Origin: Phyllobates terribilis
Taxonomy: Eukaryota
Length of the DNA: 64,000 nucleotides
NCBI RefSeq assembly: GCF_046119375.1
Contig: NW_027362761.1
Coordinates: 873,642,001-873,706,000 of the forward strand
Direction: 5' to 3'
Positions 50,665 through 63,827 of this stretch are shown here, piece after piece (position 1 is the stretch's first letter; every line of letters begins with the position of its first letter). The notes beneath the pieces were generated by a model that saw only the letters and a program-made list of their open reading frames with translations, ran no database searches and had not been told where the DNA came from. A program made the position numbers and the translations under genes.

Positions 50665-50684
50665 TGGCGTCACAAACAGGATTC
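50665..50684 (+). promoter_or_regulatory. Primer binding site, tRNA-Ser(CGA)-type
   Basis: TGGCGTCACAAACAGGATTC starts 3 nt after the 5' LTR. One mismatch to the complement of the recalled tRNA-Ser(CGA) 3' end (...GAATCCTGTTCGTGACGCCA). Confidence 0.75.
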
Positions 50685-50884
50685 ACGAAGCCCAGTATAA
50701 CCGGGTCCTGTGTACCATAAACTTTATTGAACTGTGTTATCACGTGGTTTGCCACCCGCCGAGGGGGAAGAAAGAATCCCCAATCCGGAACCGCCGGGTA
50801 AGAGATCCCTCCGCCTGCAGAGCAGCATACTGGTACGTCAGCAGACGACCAGGACCTTGCTTAGGTGCACTAGGGGGGAGGAAG

Positions 50885-53800
50885 ATGCCCAACATGGAGG
50901 AGGGTTCAGCCGCAGGCATGGTCGCTGCCACTGTGATGCCGTTATCAATGCCATATATTCCGGGTGCGGCGTGGTTGCCTCAGTACTCAGGGCAGTCGCA
51001 CACCCTGAACGACTTTGAGGAGAGACTGCGCAGTTTGTTTAAAGTATACCCCCAGTCTGAGGAGCAAAAAGTCAGCATCCTCATAGGCCAGCTAATCGGT
51101 GCAGCCCAGAGAGAGGTGAAGTCCTGGCCGGGCAGAGACAAAGCCACTGTAAAAGAAATACTGGCCTAGTTGAAGGATACCTTTGACACCCGCACCGCAG
51201 CAGAAATTAAAATGAAGTTTTACGGGTACAAACAAAGGGTGCAGGACAGTGTACGGGACTATGCTCTAAACCTACAGGAGGCGCTGCGGGCCATCAAACA
51301 GGTAGACCCTGACAGTGTGCATGATGAGAACAGATTGCTGACTGAGCAGTTTATTGAGGGGCTCCTGTCCAGCGCTCACCGGACTCAGCTGCGCATTATG
51401 GCTCTGCAAAACCCTGATCTGGATTTTGCACAATTTAAAGACAGAGCCATCTGGGTGCTACGAGAATCAACACCAGGCGGCGCTGCATCCCACCGGCGCC
51501 TCACTATCACCTACCACCAGGAGGTGGCATCCTTTTCCCCAGAACCTGTGGAGGCTGACGCGCAGACTCTGGACAATGACCTGTCTGCAGACCTACGCCT
51601 TCAGGTCCAGGAGTTGACCAAAAGTATGGCTACACTAACCAAAACCATGCAGGCCATGCAAGTGTCTCCCAAGGAAAAGATCCAGCTGGCTTCCAGTCCA
51701 GATGACGTCCCTTGGTGGCGACAGAAGAGAATTCCACCGATCAGAGGGAGGAACAGCAATCGCTATGACCAGGACGGACAACCCATTTGCCGCCGCTGTC
51801 AAAAGGCGGGGCACTTTGCAAGATTCTGCAGTTTAAAACGAGCAACACCTGGGGCAGAGGGCCAACCCCCAGGAGTAAGACGACCGGGCCCACAAAGCTG
51901 GCGAGACAAGTACATGGGAAGAAGACCGGTCCTACCTGTCGTGCTTGATGGCATCCCAATGAACGCACTGCTGGACACTGGGTCCCAGATGACCACGATG
52001 TCATATATCCTTTATAAGCAATACTGGACTGATTCAGACATTACCCACAGTCCAGATGAACATCTTAACATCTATGCCAGCAATGGTCAGCCCTTGCCTC
52101 AGGTGGGGTATAAAGAGGTGACCATAAAAGTTGGCAAAGTAGAATTGCCATCACAAGAAATGATTATTGTTGATATTGATCGTCAAGAAAGTCATCTCAT
52201 GATAACCTTAGGCACTAATGTGATAGAAAATTGTCTTGGAGAAATTATTGTTTTGTTACAACAGGTCGCAGAGACTGCCAGTTCCAGTCAGCAGCGGGTT
52301 CTACAGAAAGAAATCAGAGCCCTGATGAAAAGACAACAGGTAGAACTGTCTGGTGGAGAAATTGGTAGTGTAAGGAGGAGTGATCCGTTCCCCATTGCAA
52401 TGCCCCCTAGGAGTGAAATGTTAATATGGTGTCGGGCAGCAATTGGTCTCAGGGGTCAAGATTATCAGGCACTGGTAGAACCTGTATACTCTGACGGTAG
52501 GCCCACAATCTTGACAGCCAGGGGGGTAGTCGATGTCCGCAAGGGGAGAGTGCCGATCCGCATCCTGAATTGTGGTGAGAAAGAGGTCCATTTACCTGGT
52601 ATGCTACCCTTGCTAAGTTATTTACTGTCAGTAACAACTCAATAAAGACAGTGGAACCCTTGCCTCCATCCAAACCGGCAGAGGATAATGGCTCCAAGGG
52701 GCAGATGGAGGATTGGTGTCAGAAGCTACAAGTGGGCACTGACTCCACCCCTTTGCACCAAAAGCATGGAGCATACCGGGTGGTCCAAGAGTATGAGCGG
52801 GTCTTCAGTAAACACCCATTAGACTTTGGGCAGGTAAAAGGGGTCCAACATCATATCCCCACGGGAGATCATCCACCCATTAAAGAGAGATACCGGCCTG
52901 TACCTCCAGCTCACTATCAATGTGCCAAAGGAATGTTACGGGAGATGAAGGAGGCTGGGGTGATCAGAGATAGTTGTAGCCCCTGGGCAGCTCCATTAGT
53001 TCTCGTGAGAAAGAAGGATGGTACAATGAGGATGTGCGATGACTACAGGCAGATTAACCGCATTACACATAAAGACGCCTACCCATTACCCAGGATTGAG
53101 GAGTCATTAGCTGCACTAAGATCTGCTAATTATTTCTCCACTTTGGATCTCACCAGTGGGTATTGGCAGGTTCCTGTGGCAGAGGCGGACAAAGAAAAGA
53201 CCGCGTTTACAACACCAATGGGCCTCAGCGAGTTCAACTGCATGCTATTCGGGCTCTGCAACGCCCCAGGAACCTTCCAGCAGTTAATGGAGTGCTGCCT
53301 AGGACACAAGAACTTCAAAACTGTCCTGCTGTACCTGGACGATGTAATTGTCTACTTGAAGACATATGAAGACCACCTGGAGCTCCTGGCCAAGGTGTTT
53401 GAAGCCCTATCTGGTTTTGGCCTGAAGGTAAAGCCATCCAAATGCCACCTGTTGAAGCCCAAGGTGAGGTACCTAGGTCATGTGGTAAGCACCGAAGGTG
53501 TAGCACCAGACCCTGAAAAAGTCACTGTAATCAAGGACTGGCCAAGACCCCCCACTATCAAGGAAGTGCGGCAGTTCCTCGGGCTGGTAGGCTACTACAG
53601 GAGATTTATCAAGGGTTTCACCAAGATAGCAGCACCCATGCAGGACCTCCAGGTAGGCCAGTCCAAGAAGGCCAAGAACCCGAAACCTCCGTTCAAATGG
53701 GGTAAACCAGAAGACGAATCCTTCACCCGACTGAAGATGGCTCTGACCGGAGACGAAGTCCTGGCCTACCCCGACTATGGCCAACCCTTTATACTTCATA

Positions 53801-55993
53801 CAGATACCAGCAACGTGGGATTGGGAGCGGTACTGTCCCAGGTACAGCAAGGCAAAGAGCAAGTGATTGCATACGCCAGCAGGAAATTCCGGCCCACGGA
53901 AAGGAATCCCGACAACTACAGTTCCTTCAAGTTGGAGTTTCTCACCATAGTCTGGGCTGCAACAGAGCGCTTCAAGCACTATCTCGCCTCCTCCAAATTT
54001 ACCGTCTTCACGGACAATAACCCTCTGATGCACCTGGAGACTGCGAAGCTTGGTGCCCTAGAGCAACGATGGATGGCCCGACTTTCTAACTACGAGTTCA
54101 CGATCAAGTATCGGGCGGGGCATAAAAATGCAAATGCTGATGCGCTGTCCAGGATGCCCAACTTGCCAGATGGGGGAGAAGACCCGGAAGAGCTGGAGGA
54201 GATAGAGATACCCGCTTTCCATCGTCATGGGGTGGCCCAGTGCTCCCACTGTGTGAGGGACAAGCGCTCCGCCAACAGAGGAGCCACGTTCAACCCATTG
54301 CCCCACCATGGATGGGCAGAAACGCAGGATAGCGACCCGGCGGTCCGCCTAGTCAAGGAGTTGCTGACGCAAGCTGATTCGCACCCTGATCCAGATGCTC
54401 CCCCGGAGACCCAACAGTTGTGGAAGGAGAAGGGTAAACTGTTCTACGAAGGAAAGCTGTGTCGAAGAAGCATCAACTCCCGGACACATGAACTGGTCTG
54501 GCAGGTGGTAGTCCCGAGGCGGAATGCGTCAATGGTCTTAGAAGCGTACCACGATGGAGCAGGACACTTCGGGTGGAAGAAGTTGGAAGTCCTGCTACGT
54601 GAGCGATTCTACTGGGCTGGCATGAAGAAAGCGATCGAGAGATGGTGTCGAGAATGTGGTCCATGCAATCTGAGACAGAAAGACCGTGACAGCCAGAGGG
54701 CACCCCTGCAGCCCATCATCACCAAACAGCCACTAGAACTGGTAGCCTTGGACCACGTGAAGCTAGCCCCAAGCAGGTCAGGCTATGCCTACGCTCTAAC
54801 TATAGTAGACCACTACTCCCGGTTCCTGGTAGTAGTGCCAGTAAAAGACCAGATGGCTCAGACGGCAGCCAAAGCGTTCCAACAGCACTTTTGTCACCCG
54901 CACGGTTACCCTGAACGAGTGCTTACCGACCAAGGTCCAGCCTTTGAAGCAGAAGTGTTCCAGGAATTCTGTAACTTGTACGGTTGCAAGAAAATGAGGA
55001 CAATGCCGTATCATCCCCAGACCAACGGGTTGTGTGAAAAGATGAACCAGGTGGTGATAGACCTGTTGAAGACATTGCCCCTTGAAGAATGCAGCCTGTG
55101 GCCACATCCCGGTGAACTCCACCAACTGTACACCCGCTTACCTGATGAGAGCAAGACCTGGTAAGCTAACCATCGACTTAGACATGGGAGTCCTAACACC
55201 AGAGACGACTTCACCAGATGCGGATTGGGATACCGAGCGGCAGTAACAATACCGCAAAGTGCAAGAGTGTGTTGAAAGATGTTTGTCCCATGCAATACAG
55301 AAGCAAGAGAAGACTTACAATCAGCACCCACCTGCCATTCCCTTATCACCTGGAGAACAGGTACTTAAGAGAAAGAGACGACTCCACAAATTAGATAACC
55401 AGTGGGAGGTTGAGCCATACGCCGTCCTACCCTCAAACTACGATAACACCAAAGTGTGCCTCATCAGCAAAGATTCAGGGGAAACTTCAGCGGCAGTCTC
55501 AAGAGACCACTTGAAGATCTGTCCTGAACAGCTGAAACACACAGAAGAAGATGAAGACAGCCCTCAGCCCACAGAAAAGGAGGAAGTGGTCCAAACAGTA
55601 CTCGGAGAATTTCCCCGGTCTTGGACGCAGGTGAACAATGCAATTGTAGTACCGGTCCTTACCTTTCTCCAAGCAGCCTCACCGGAAGCTGCAGAAGTCC
55701 CAGAACAGCTGGAAGACCAGTTGGCCCCAGAGACAGAAGTTTCATCATCAGCAGACCAGGAGAATCTACCCTCTGCTAGCAGTGAACCTGTCGTACCCAT
55801 GGTGAGCCAAAGAATTCGTAGGAGGTTACCCAGCCTACGAGTGTTACCTCAGACTGCCAGTAGAGCAGTTCACACTGAACCCACCACACCAGGGGTAGAC
55901 ACAAGGGACCACGGTAGAGCAGTAACTACCAATGTACTACGTAGATTGACCAGGAGTACAAAAGGTCAGCTGCTTGCTCGCTGGAGAAACTAA
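50885..55993 (+). pseudogene. Gypsy gag-pol polyprotein with stop and frameshifts
   Basis: Gag with CRRCQKAGHFARFC knuckle, LLDTGS protease, YLDD RT, TDTSNVGLGAVL RNase H, GHFG and ALDHVKL integrase. Stop at 51167-51169, breaks at about 52600 and 55100. Confidence 0.93.
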
Positions 55994-56390
55994 AGAATTA
56001 AAGTATAATGTATGCTGCATTTAGTTACCCGGTAAGGGTATTAAGACTTGTAGGTTATGGACTGTGAATAACCAAAGAACTTTCCATTGTAAATAGTTGC
56101 ACTTATTAGAGTGCCCCCTTATTCGCTTTATGATTATAACAAATGACCTCAGAACAAAAACCCGTTTGGCGTGGCTGAAGACGTGGTCCAACAGTTGGAT
56201 CATCTATGCCCTGCAGCCACGCCCAGGGCCTACGTTGAGGGTTTTCGGACGGGTTCCTAATGTTGCTCAAAATTTCACCTAGCTAAAGATGAATGTTATT
56301 AACAGTGCTTATAATGTTTTGATAACCAGTAACGTTCAAGAAATGTCAATTTTTAAAAGTATCCTCATTCCAGGAGTACTGAAGTTAACT

Positions 56391-56400
56391 AGGGGGGGAA
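56391..56400 (+). promoter_or_regulatory. Polypurine tract
   Basis: AGGGGGGGAA immediately before the 3' LTR TGTGG. Confidence 0.85.
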
Positions 56401-58669
56401 TGTGGCACCCCAGGCGTCCGGTTGCCACACTGGCATTGCCTCCCTCAAAAGAGGTAATGCCATGCCTGGAAGCCCATGCCTGGAAGCAAGCAGGGGTCCC
56501 CTAGTCAGGTATACTAAACATGCAACACTTTCCTGTCTCCAGACCAGCAAGGGGAGCCACTCCCCTTGGCAACTGGAATCTGGGGGCGGGGTTAGTTAGT
56601 CTTAGTGTGGAGAGTTGAAGCGAGGACGTCGAGGAGAGAGGAGCTGGGGACTGGAGCTGCGCGGCAGCTCACCCCAGCAGTACCGCACAGAACAACCGGA
56701 CACCGGAGTCCGAGGCTGTGGGGCACTAAAGGCCCAGCAGTAGAAACCGGAGGGCATGAGATTGCAGGTCTCCTGGCCCCATCAGACGCCTGGAGGCTCA
56801 GCAGTACCGCAGGGTCCAGCACCGCCATGTGGGAGTGACGCGCCAGCAAGGCCCGAGCTGCCTGCCATACGGGTGAGCAGAGAAACGTCGCACTCAGGGA
56901 CGAGGGCCACCGCACAGCTACAAGTAGCAGGGCCAAAGAGTTTAGTGGAAAGGGAAGGCCTCCAACTTCATCTGGCAAGTAGGATTCTTTGTTTGCTTCC
57001 AGGCTGCCCGGACTTCCACTTCTAGCCAGTACCCTAGTCCCGGCTTGTTTAATCGGTACCAGTAAAGACCCTGGGACTGCACTTCCTTGTCACTGTGTTT
57101 CTTGCTGCGCCATTCAGCCCCTGCACTACAACGCCCAGCACAACCTGCAACATCTTCTACACTGCACTGCCCTGGAGCTAGCTCTTCCTGTGAAGAGCCG
57201 CACCATCCCTGCTGCAGTAACATCAGCTTCAGAGGACTGCTCCGCAGCGGCAGCTCCCTTTAGCCACATTCCTCAGGTGGCGTCACAAACTCTATAAACA
57301 TTATAAATCCCCTATCAATAACCCCTTTTTATTGACTGCCCTGGGTCACGGACCGGGTCACCGCCACTGTGACATCCCCCAGCATCTACCGGCCCGGCAC
57401 AGGGTACCCCACGGCCCAGGGAGCGCATCACTTGCGTTCCAAGGACTGGGGTATGGACAACTGAACGCTTCGCTGGGTAAAGGATGTGGCCGTGCTTCCT
57501 GATGCTGCTACTTGAGAGTGTGCAATGACAAGTGCAGGGAAGGAGGCATCTTCGCATGCACCATGGACAGGGGATTGGCTTGCATGCACAACAGTGGAAG
57601 AAGCAGTGGTGCTACCCGCAGACACTGTTGCTGGACCCTGGGGTTCGGCCCACAAAGTCAGGTGCTTTGCTGCCATGTGCCTGATCATGTTGGTGGTGGT
57701 CAAGCTGGTAGTTTTGCTACCCCTGCTGATGCTGGCCTGGCAGGTGGTGCAAATGGCCTTTTTGGGTTTATCGGCAAAGTCTTTAAAAAACAACCAGATT
57801 CGGGAAGACCTAAAAGTTGCACTGGCAACTTCCTTCGTGTTGGTGTTACGGGGAACGGTTGGCTGCCTTCTGTGTTCGGCCACCACACTGCTTCTTCCTG
57901 CCTGCTGGGGTGCTCTGCCTCCCTCCCCTGTGTGCTGCTCTCCTCACTCTGCATGTGCTCCTGCCAGGTTGGGTCAGTTACTATCATCCACCACCTCGCC
58001 TTCCACTTCCGCACTCTGGTCCTCCTCCTGACTTTCTGGCAATTGTGTCTCATCATCGTCCACCTTTTGTGACACTTTCCCACCGTCACCTTCGTGTGAT
58101 CGTGGCTGCTCAAATATTTGGGCATCGCTATGTGTGATCTCCTCTTGCCCCGCTTTAAGTGGACCAGGCGAGAGGCCTGAATCTATAAATGGAAAAGTGA
58201 ACAGCTCTTCGGAGTGTCCAAGTGTGGGATCAGTTGACTCTGGGCACTCTGCATGGTGGGAGGAAGGAGGTTCAGGGTGAGGAATATAGGAATATGCGGT
58301 CCAGACTCATGGCTACTGAGACTTGACTGTGTGGAAGACAGGGTGGTTGTGGTGGTAGCTAAGTGACTGGAAGCATTATCTGCTATCCAACCAATAATCT
58401 TTCCACACTGCTCTGTGTTCAATAGTGGCGTTCTGCGGTCCCCTATTAATTGGGACAGGAAGATCGAGCTAGAAGATGTGGGTGTTTGTTGTGGCACAAT
58501 TTCAGCTTGCCCACGGCCTCGGCCTCTGCATGCACCATCATCATCACCATCACGTCCAGTTCTCCATCCCTTGCCACGTGCCTTGCCCATTTTAAATGGA
58601 GGACAATATCTTCCACACGCACTAGAAATAGCTGAATTTGGAGCGAACTTATATGTGATCCGTATGACG

Positions 58670-59965
58670 GACAAATTTTTATTGGAGGCCAGATATGGCA
58701 TTATTTTCTGAAAACGTATATGTGATCCGTGTGTCGGGGAAAACATAGTTTTAAATAGCTGGCCTGTTGGTAACTATTTTGAACAGCAAACTGGTGTCAA
58801 TAGCTTCACTGACACACTGAAACAAATTTTTATTGGAGGCCAGAATGGGCAGTATTTTCCGAAAACGTATATGTGATCCGTGTGACTGAGAAAACACAGT
58901 TTTACATACCTGCACTGTAGGTAACTATTTTGAACCGCAAACTGTTGTCAATAGCTTCACTGACACACTGAAACAAATTTTTAATGGAGACTAGAAATGG
59001 CAGTATTTTCTGAAAATGTATATGTGAGCCGTGTGACGGAGAAAACACAGTTTTAAGTACTTGGCCTGTAGGTAACTATTTTGAACAGCAAACTGGTGTC
59101 AATAGCTTCACTGACACACGGAAACAAATATTTATTGGAGGCCAGAAATGGCAGTATTTTCTGAAAGCGTATATGTGATCCTTGTGACGGAGAAAACACA
59201 GTTTTAAATACTTGGCCTGTAGGTAACTACTTTGAACAGCAAACTCGTGTCAATTGCTTCACTGACACACTGCAACAAATTTTTATTGGAGGCCAGAACT
59301 GGCAGTATTTTCTGAAAACATATATGTGATCCGTGTGACTGAGAAAACACAGTTTTACATACCTGCACTGTAGGTAACTATTTTGAACAGCAAACTGTTG
59401 TCAATAGCTTCACTGACACACTGAAACTAATTTTTAATGGAGACTAGAAATGGCAGTATTTTCTGAAAATGTATATGTGATCCGTGTGACGGAGAAAACA
59501 CAGTTTTAAGTACTTGGCCTGTAGGTAACTATTTTGAACAGCAAACTGGTGTCAATAGCTTCACTGACACACGGAAACAAATATTTATTGGAGGCCAGAA
59601 ATGGCAGTATTTTCTGAAAGCGTATATGTGATCCTTGTGACGGAGAAAACACAGTTTTAAATACTTGGCCTGTAGGTAACTACTTTGAACAGCAAACTCG
59701 TGTCAATTGCTTCACTGACACACTGAAACAAATTTTTAATGGAGACCAGAAATGGCAGTATTTTCTGAAAATGTATATGTGATCCGTGTGATGGAGAAAA
59801 CACAGTTTTAAATACTTGGCCTGTAGGTAACTACTTTGAACAGCAAACTGGTGTCAATAGTTTCACTAACACATTGAAACAAATTTTTAATGGAGGCCAG
59901 AAATGTCAGTATTTTCAATGCAATTATATGTAATCCGTGTGACGGACAAACCACAGTTTTAAATA
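58670..59965. repeat. 151-bp tandem array (about 8.5 copies) with a 453-bp higher-order repeat, upstream of the outer transposase ATG
   Basis: (T/A)TAGCTTCAC-like marker at 58801, 58952, 59103, 59254, 59405, 59556, 59707 and 59858. Confidence 0.93.
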
Positions 59966-62502
59966 GCTGGATTTTTAGCGCTGTAATATGGAAAGGACCT
60001 GGCTGTATTCTGCAGTGCCAACAAGGTAATGGCACAGAAAAACGTTGTTCTCTGGATTGCTTTTTAAGCAAATAATGAGGATTAAGATAACCAAGTAAAT
60101 TATTCCTTGCCCTTGAGACCTGGGCCTATTTCTAGAAATATCTAACAGCAGCAGCAGCAGCAGACAAAACTGGAATGGAGCCTCTTGTGCTATATGCACT
60201 GCAGTATGCTATACACACTGCCTGCCTATAGACACTGCCTGCCTAGCCTGATATCTCTGCAGATGGATTAGTCCTCAGAAGGACTGTTTGTTGAGATGGA
60301 TATGTGTCTCTAATATAGTTTGGTACACCTACACTAACTAGAAAAAAAGCAAACCTCTCACTAGCTCAGCAGCACCACTCCCTACACTGTCTGATTCCGG
60401 AGTTACTGTAACGAGCACGGCGGAGCCAGGTCTGATATAGACCTGATGACGCTGTGCAGCCAGTTAATCACTGTAATGCCACAACCAACATGGCTGCGGC
60501 ATTACAGTGAGTGGTAAACAATTCCTGCATGTTCATTGGCTCTGTAAAGAGCGCCATATATGCAGGGAGGGGACCCGAGCTCCCGCCGAGCAACCCCGAA
60601 AATACTCGGCGAGTGCCCAGCATCTCGAGCAGTGAGATGCTCGGGCGAGCACTGAGCGGTAGCGCGTCTGCTCGCTCATCACTAGTGGGGTCCCATCTAT
60701 TTTTCATAGCCAGCCAAAGTAAAGCAGACAGCTGCAGGCTTATATTATCAGTCTGGGAAGGTCCCTGGTAATTGGCTCCTTCCTAGCCTTAAAATACCAG
60801 CCCGCTGGCACCCCAGAATTGGCGCATTGCCAAGCTCTTCCTGATTTCCCTGGTGCATTGGCAATCAGGATAATGGTAGTTGGGTTTGATGACCGCTGTG
60901 ATTTGTCAAAAAACACAGCTGCCATCAAGCCCTGGTGTTAGTAATAGAGACACCCCCATTTCTAACCCGGTAATCAAAAATAAAAGCACACACAGAAAAA
61001 AGCACTTTATTTGAATAAAGACTCCCCCACACTATTCCTCGTTCACCAATTTATTAAAAAAAAAAATCCCATGCAGGTCTGCCGTAATCCACCGAATCCG
61101 AAGCAGCCTAGAAATGGATACCTGAAAAACATAAAAACACAAAAATAAACTCAAGAGACTCTCCCTCGTTAATAAATGTGTTTGTAAAAATGTTCCCATG
61201 TGGCTCCACCATAGTCCACGTTTCTCCAGTCTGCGTCTGGCGTCTGTGAATAACAGAAAAGTTCCTGCTATTCACAAGTGCCGGGTAGTGACGACAACTG
61301 TTATCAGAAAAGCCGAGTCTTGCTGAGTGCAGCGGAAGCCAGCGACGATGATGAGTGTTGTCGTGAGTACCCAGCGCCTGTGAATAGTGGTCACTTTACT
61401 GCTATTCACAGTCGCTGGAGACAGATTCAAGGAACATGAACTATGGCGGAGGTTGGTGGGAACACTTTTACAAATTGCTGAACAAGGGACTGTTTTTTTT
61501 ATGGTTCTATGTTTTTCAGGTATCTATTTCTGGATTACTGCGAACCTGCATGTTTTTTTTTTTTTTTTTTAATAAATTGGTGAACGAGGGATAGTGTGGG
61601 GAAGTCTTTATTTAAATAAAGTGTTTTTTTCTGTGTTTTTATTTTTCATTACCAGATTAATAATGAGGGTGTCTTTTAGACACTTCTCCATTACCAACCC
61701 CAGATACTAATGGCAGCTGTGATTTTTGACAAGTCACAGTTGTCATCAACCCCACCTACCATTACTCCAATTGCAAGCGCACTAGGACAATTGGGAAGAA
61801 CCGGGCACATGGCCATAATTGGCGCATCTAATGGATGTACCAATTCTGGGGTGGCTGCGGGCTTGTACTTTTAGGCTGGGAAGGGTCCAATAATAAGGGA
61901 CCTTCCCAGCCTGATAATATAAGCCCACAACTGTCTGCTTTACCTTGACGAGTTATGAAAAATAGGAGGTACCCCACATCATTTTTTTAAATAAATGTAT
62001 TAGCGAAATTCAATTACAGTACACTCCACAAGCAAAGCACTAATTATATATCTCACAGATATATATCTATCTTTCTATCTATCGATTCAATCTCTATCTT
62101 TGCACATCTAACACCTAAACATCTGTCATTTCTATTCTTCATTCTATTTCGGAAGGTGTCACATGGATGGCACAGAGATGTCACACCCTATGTCATCCGT
62201 TTGCACATGCTTGGTACTTATTGACGTCCGTGCTGCCAGAAAAAAACTGACATGTCCACGTGTGGGTCACACGGATATATGGTCTGTGTGAACACACTGA
62301 CATGTGCGGAGCTCCATAGAATATATGTGATGAAAACTGTCACCACACGTACTGGAAACACTGACATGTGAAGGAGGCCTAAGAGAGAGAGAGGGTGGAA
62401 CTCGTTGACCATAAGAGCTTACACTTTATAGGAAAAAGAGAGGACCACGCTAATCATAAGAGCTTACACACTACAGAAAGTAATTGACCCGCTGACCATT
62501 AA

Positions 62503-63827
62503 CCCCTTCACCCCCCCCCTTCCTCAGCCTGTATTCACCTTTATGACCAGTACAATTTTGTCAGTTCTGACCATTGCCACTTTATGAGGTTATAACTCTG
62601 GAAAGCTTCAACACATCCCAGTGATTCTGAGACTGTGTTTTAGTGACACATTGTACTTTATGTTAGTGGTAAATTTTGGTCGATATGATTTGCATCTATT
62701 TATAAAAATATCAAAAATTTGACAAAAAAATTTAAAATGTTGCAATTTTCAAACTTTGAATTTGTATGCCCTTAAACCAAATAGTTAAATCACACAAAAT
62801 AGTTAATAAATAACATTAACCACATGTCTGCTTTACATCAGCATAATTTTTTTAATATAATTTACTTTGTTAGGAAGTTAAAAGTTTATCAGCAGAATCT
62901 CCCACAAGTGACCCCATTTTGGAAGCTACTCTTCTTGAGGAATTTATCTAGGGGTGTAGTGAGCATTTTTAACCCTCAGGCGATTCAAAGCATTGTGTAA
63001 CATTGGGCTGAGTTACTTGAAAATTTAAATTTTTTTCACTAAAATGTTGCTTTGGCCCCACATTTTTAATTTTCAAAAGGGATAATAGTAGAAAATTGGC
63101 AGTACAATTTGGAACGCAATTTCTCCTGAGTACACTGATACCTCATATGTGGTCAAAAACTACTGTTGAGACACAGTGCACAGCTTAGAAGGGAAGGAGC
63201 ATCATCTTGGGATTCAGATTTTGCTGTAATGGTTTGAGAGTTTCGCAGAGATCCTGAGGTGCCACAAAAGCAAACCCACCGAATAAGTGACCCCATTTTA
63301 CAAACTACATCTCTCAATGAATTCATCTAAGGGTGCTGTTATCAAACTGACAATTGTGTGTTACAGTATTTTATACCATTGGGAAGTGAAGAAAAAATAA
63401 TTAAATTTTTACCAAATTTTGTTTTAGCCCCAGAGTCTACATTTTCACGTGGGGAAATGGGGAAAAATGACACCAAAATTTGTCACACAATTTCTGCTGA
63501 ATGTGGCAATGCCCCATATATAGCTGTACAGTACTGCTTAGCAACACATCAAGGGAGGGACGGAGCGCTACTTGACTCTCAGTGAACAAATTATTGTAGA
63601 ATAGTTTGCAGATTTCATATACAAAGCCCCTAAATGCCAGAAGAGCAGAATCAATCCTTAAGTGACCCCATTTTGGAAATTACAAAGTGACAATTTTGAC
63701 TCTGTGGGTGTTTTCCAGAAACAAGTAGCAATGGATGTTGCTGAGTGAAAATTGAAAATCTGCCATTATAATGCCCATACATTGCAGTGCCCAGTATGTT
63801 GTAGTGCCCATACATTTTAGTGCTCAT
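62503..63827. mobile_element. Non-autonomous piggyBac-type element (left part)
   Basis: TTAA-CCCCTTCAC terminus at 62499-62511, like the 8726 element. Repeated TGACCCCATTTT motifs. Confidence 0.65.

Larger units (their letters stand above)
49668..57430 (+). mobile_element. Complete Gypsy/Ty3 LTR retrotransposon (family A)
   Basis: 5' LTR 49668-50661, 3' LTR 56401-57430, perfect TSD CTTG, PBS, PPT, and gag-PR-RT-RH-IN order. Confidence 0.96.
47620..58590 (-). pseudogene. Outer hAT transposase, decayed and split by the Gypsy provirus
   Basis: MGKARGKG start, BED finger (IWLFF...CTTC...HMAAKH), ATDTW, MCDNG, CLAH, SERVFS. Removing 49668-57430 and one TSD restores SLERKRKYAANAP. Confidence 0.9.
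34151..60684 (-). mobile_element. Outer hAT transposon (26.5 kb including nested inserts)
   Basis: Termini TAGTGAGGGGCGAGC and GCTCGCTCATCACTA. 8-bp TSD ATGGGGTC (34143-34150) / GTGGGGTC (60685-60692). Confidence 0.85.
33850..62380. mobile_element. Large palindromic (foldback) Kolobok/T2-like element split by the outer hAT
   Basis: 33860-34150 plus 60685-61090 form the inverted mate of about 61525-62340. Right end GTGAAGGAGGCC(TAA). Left end not recognisable. Confidence 0.65.
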
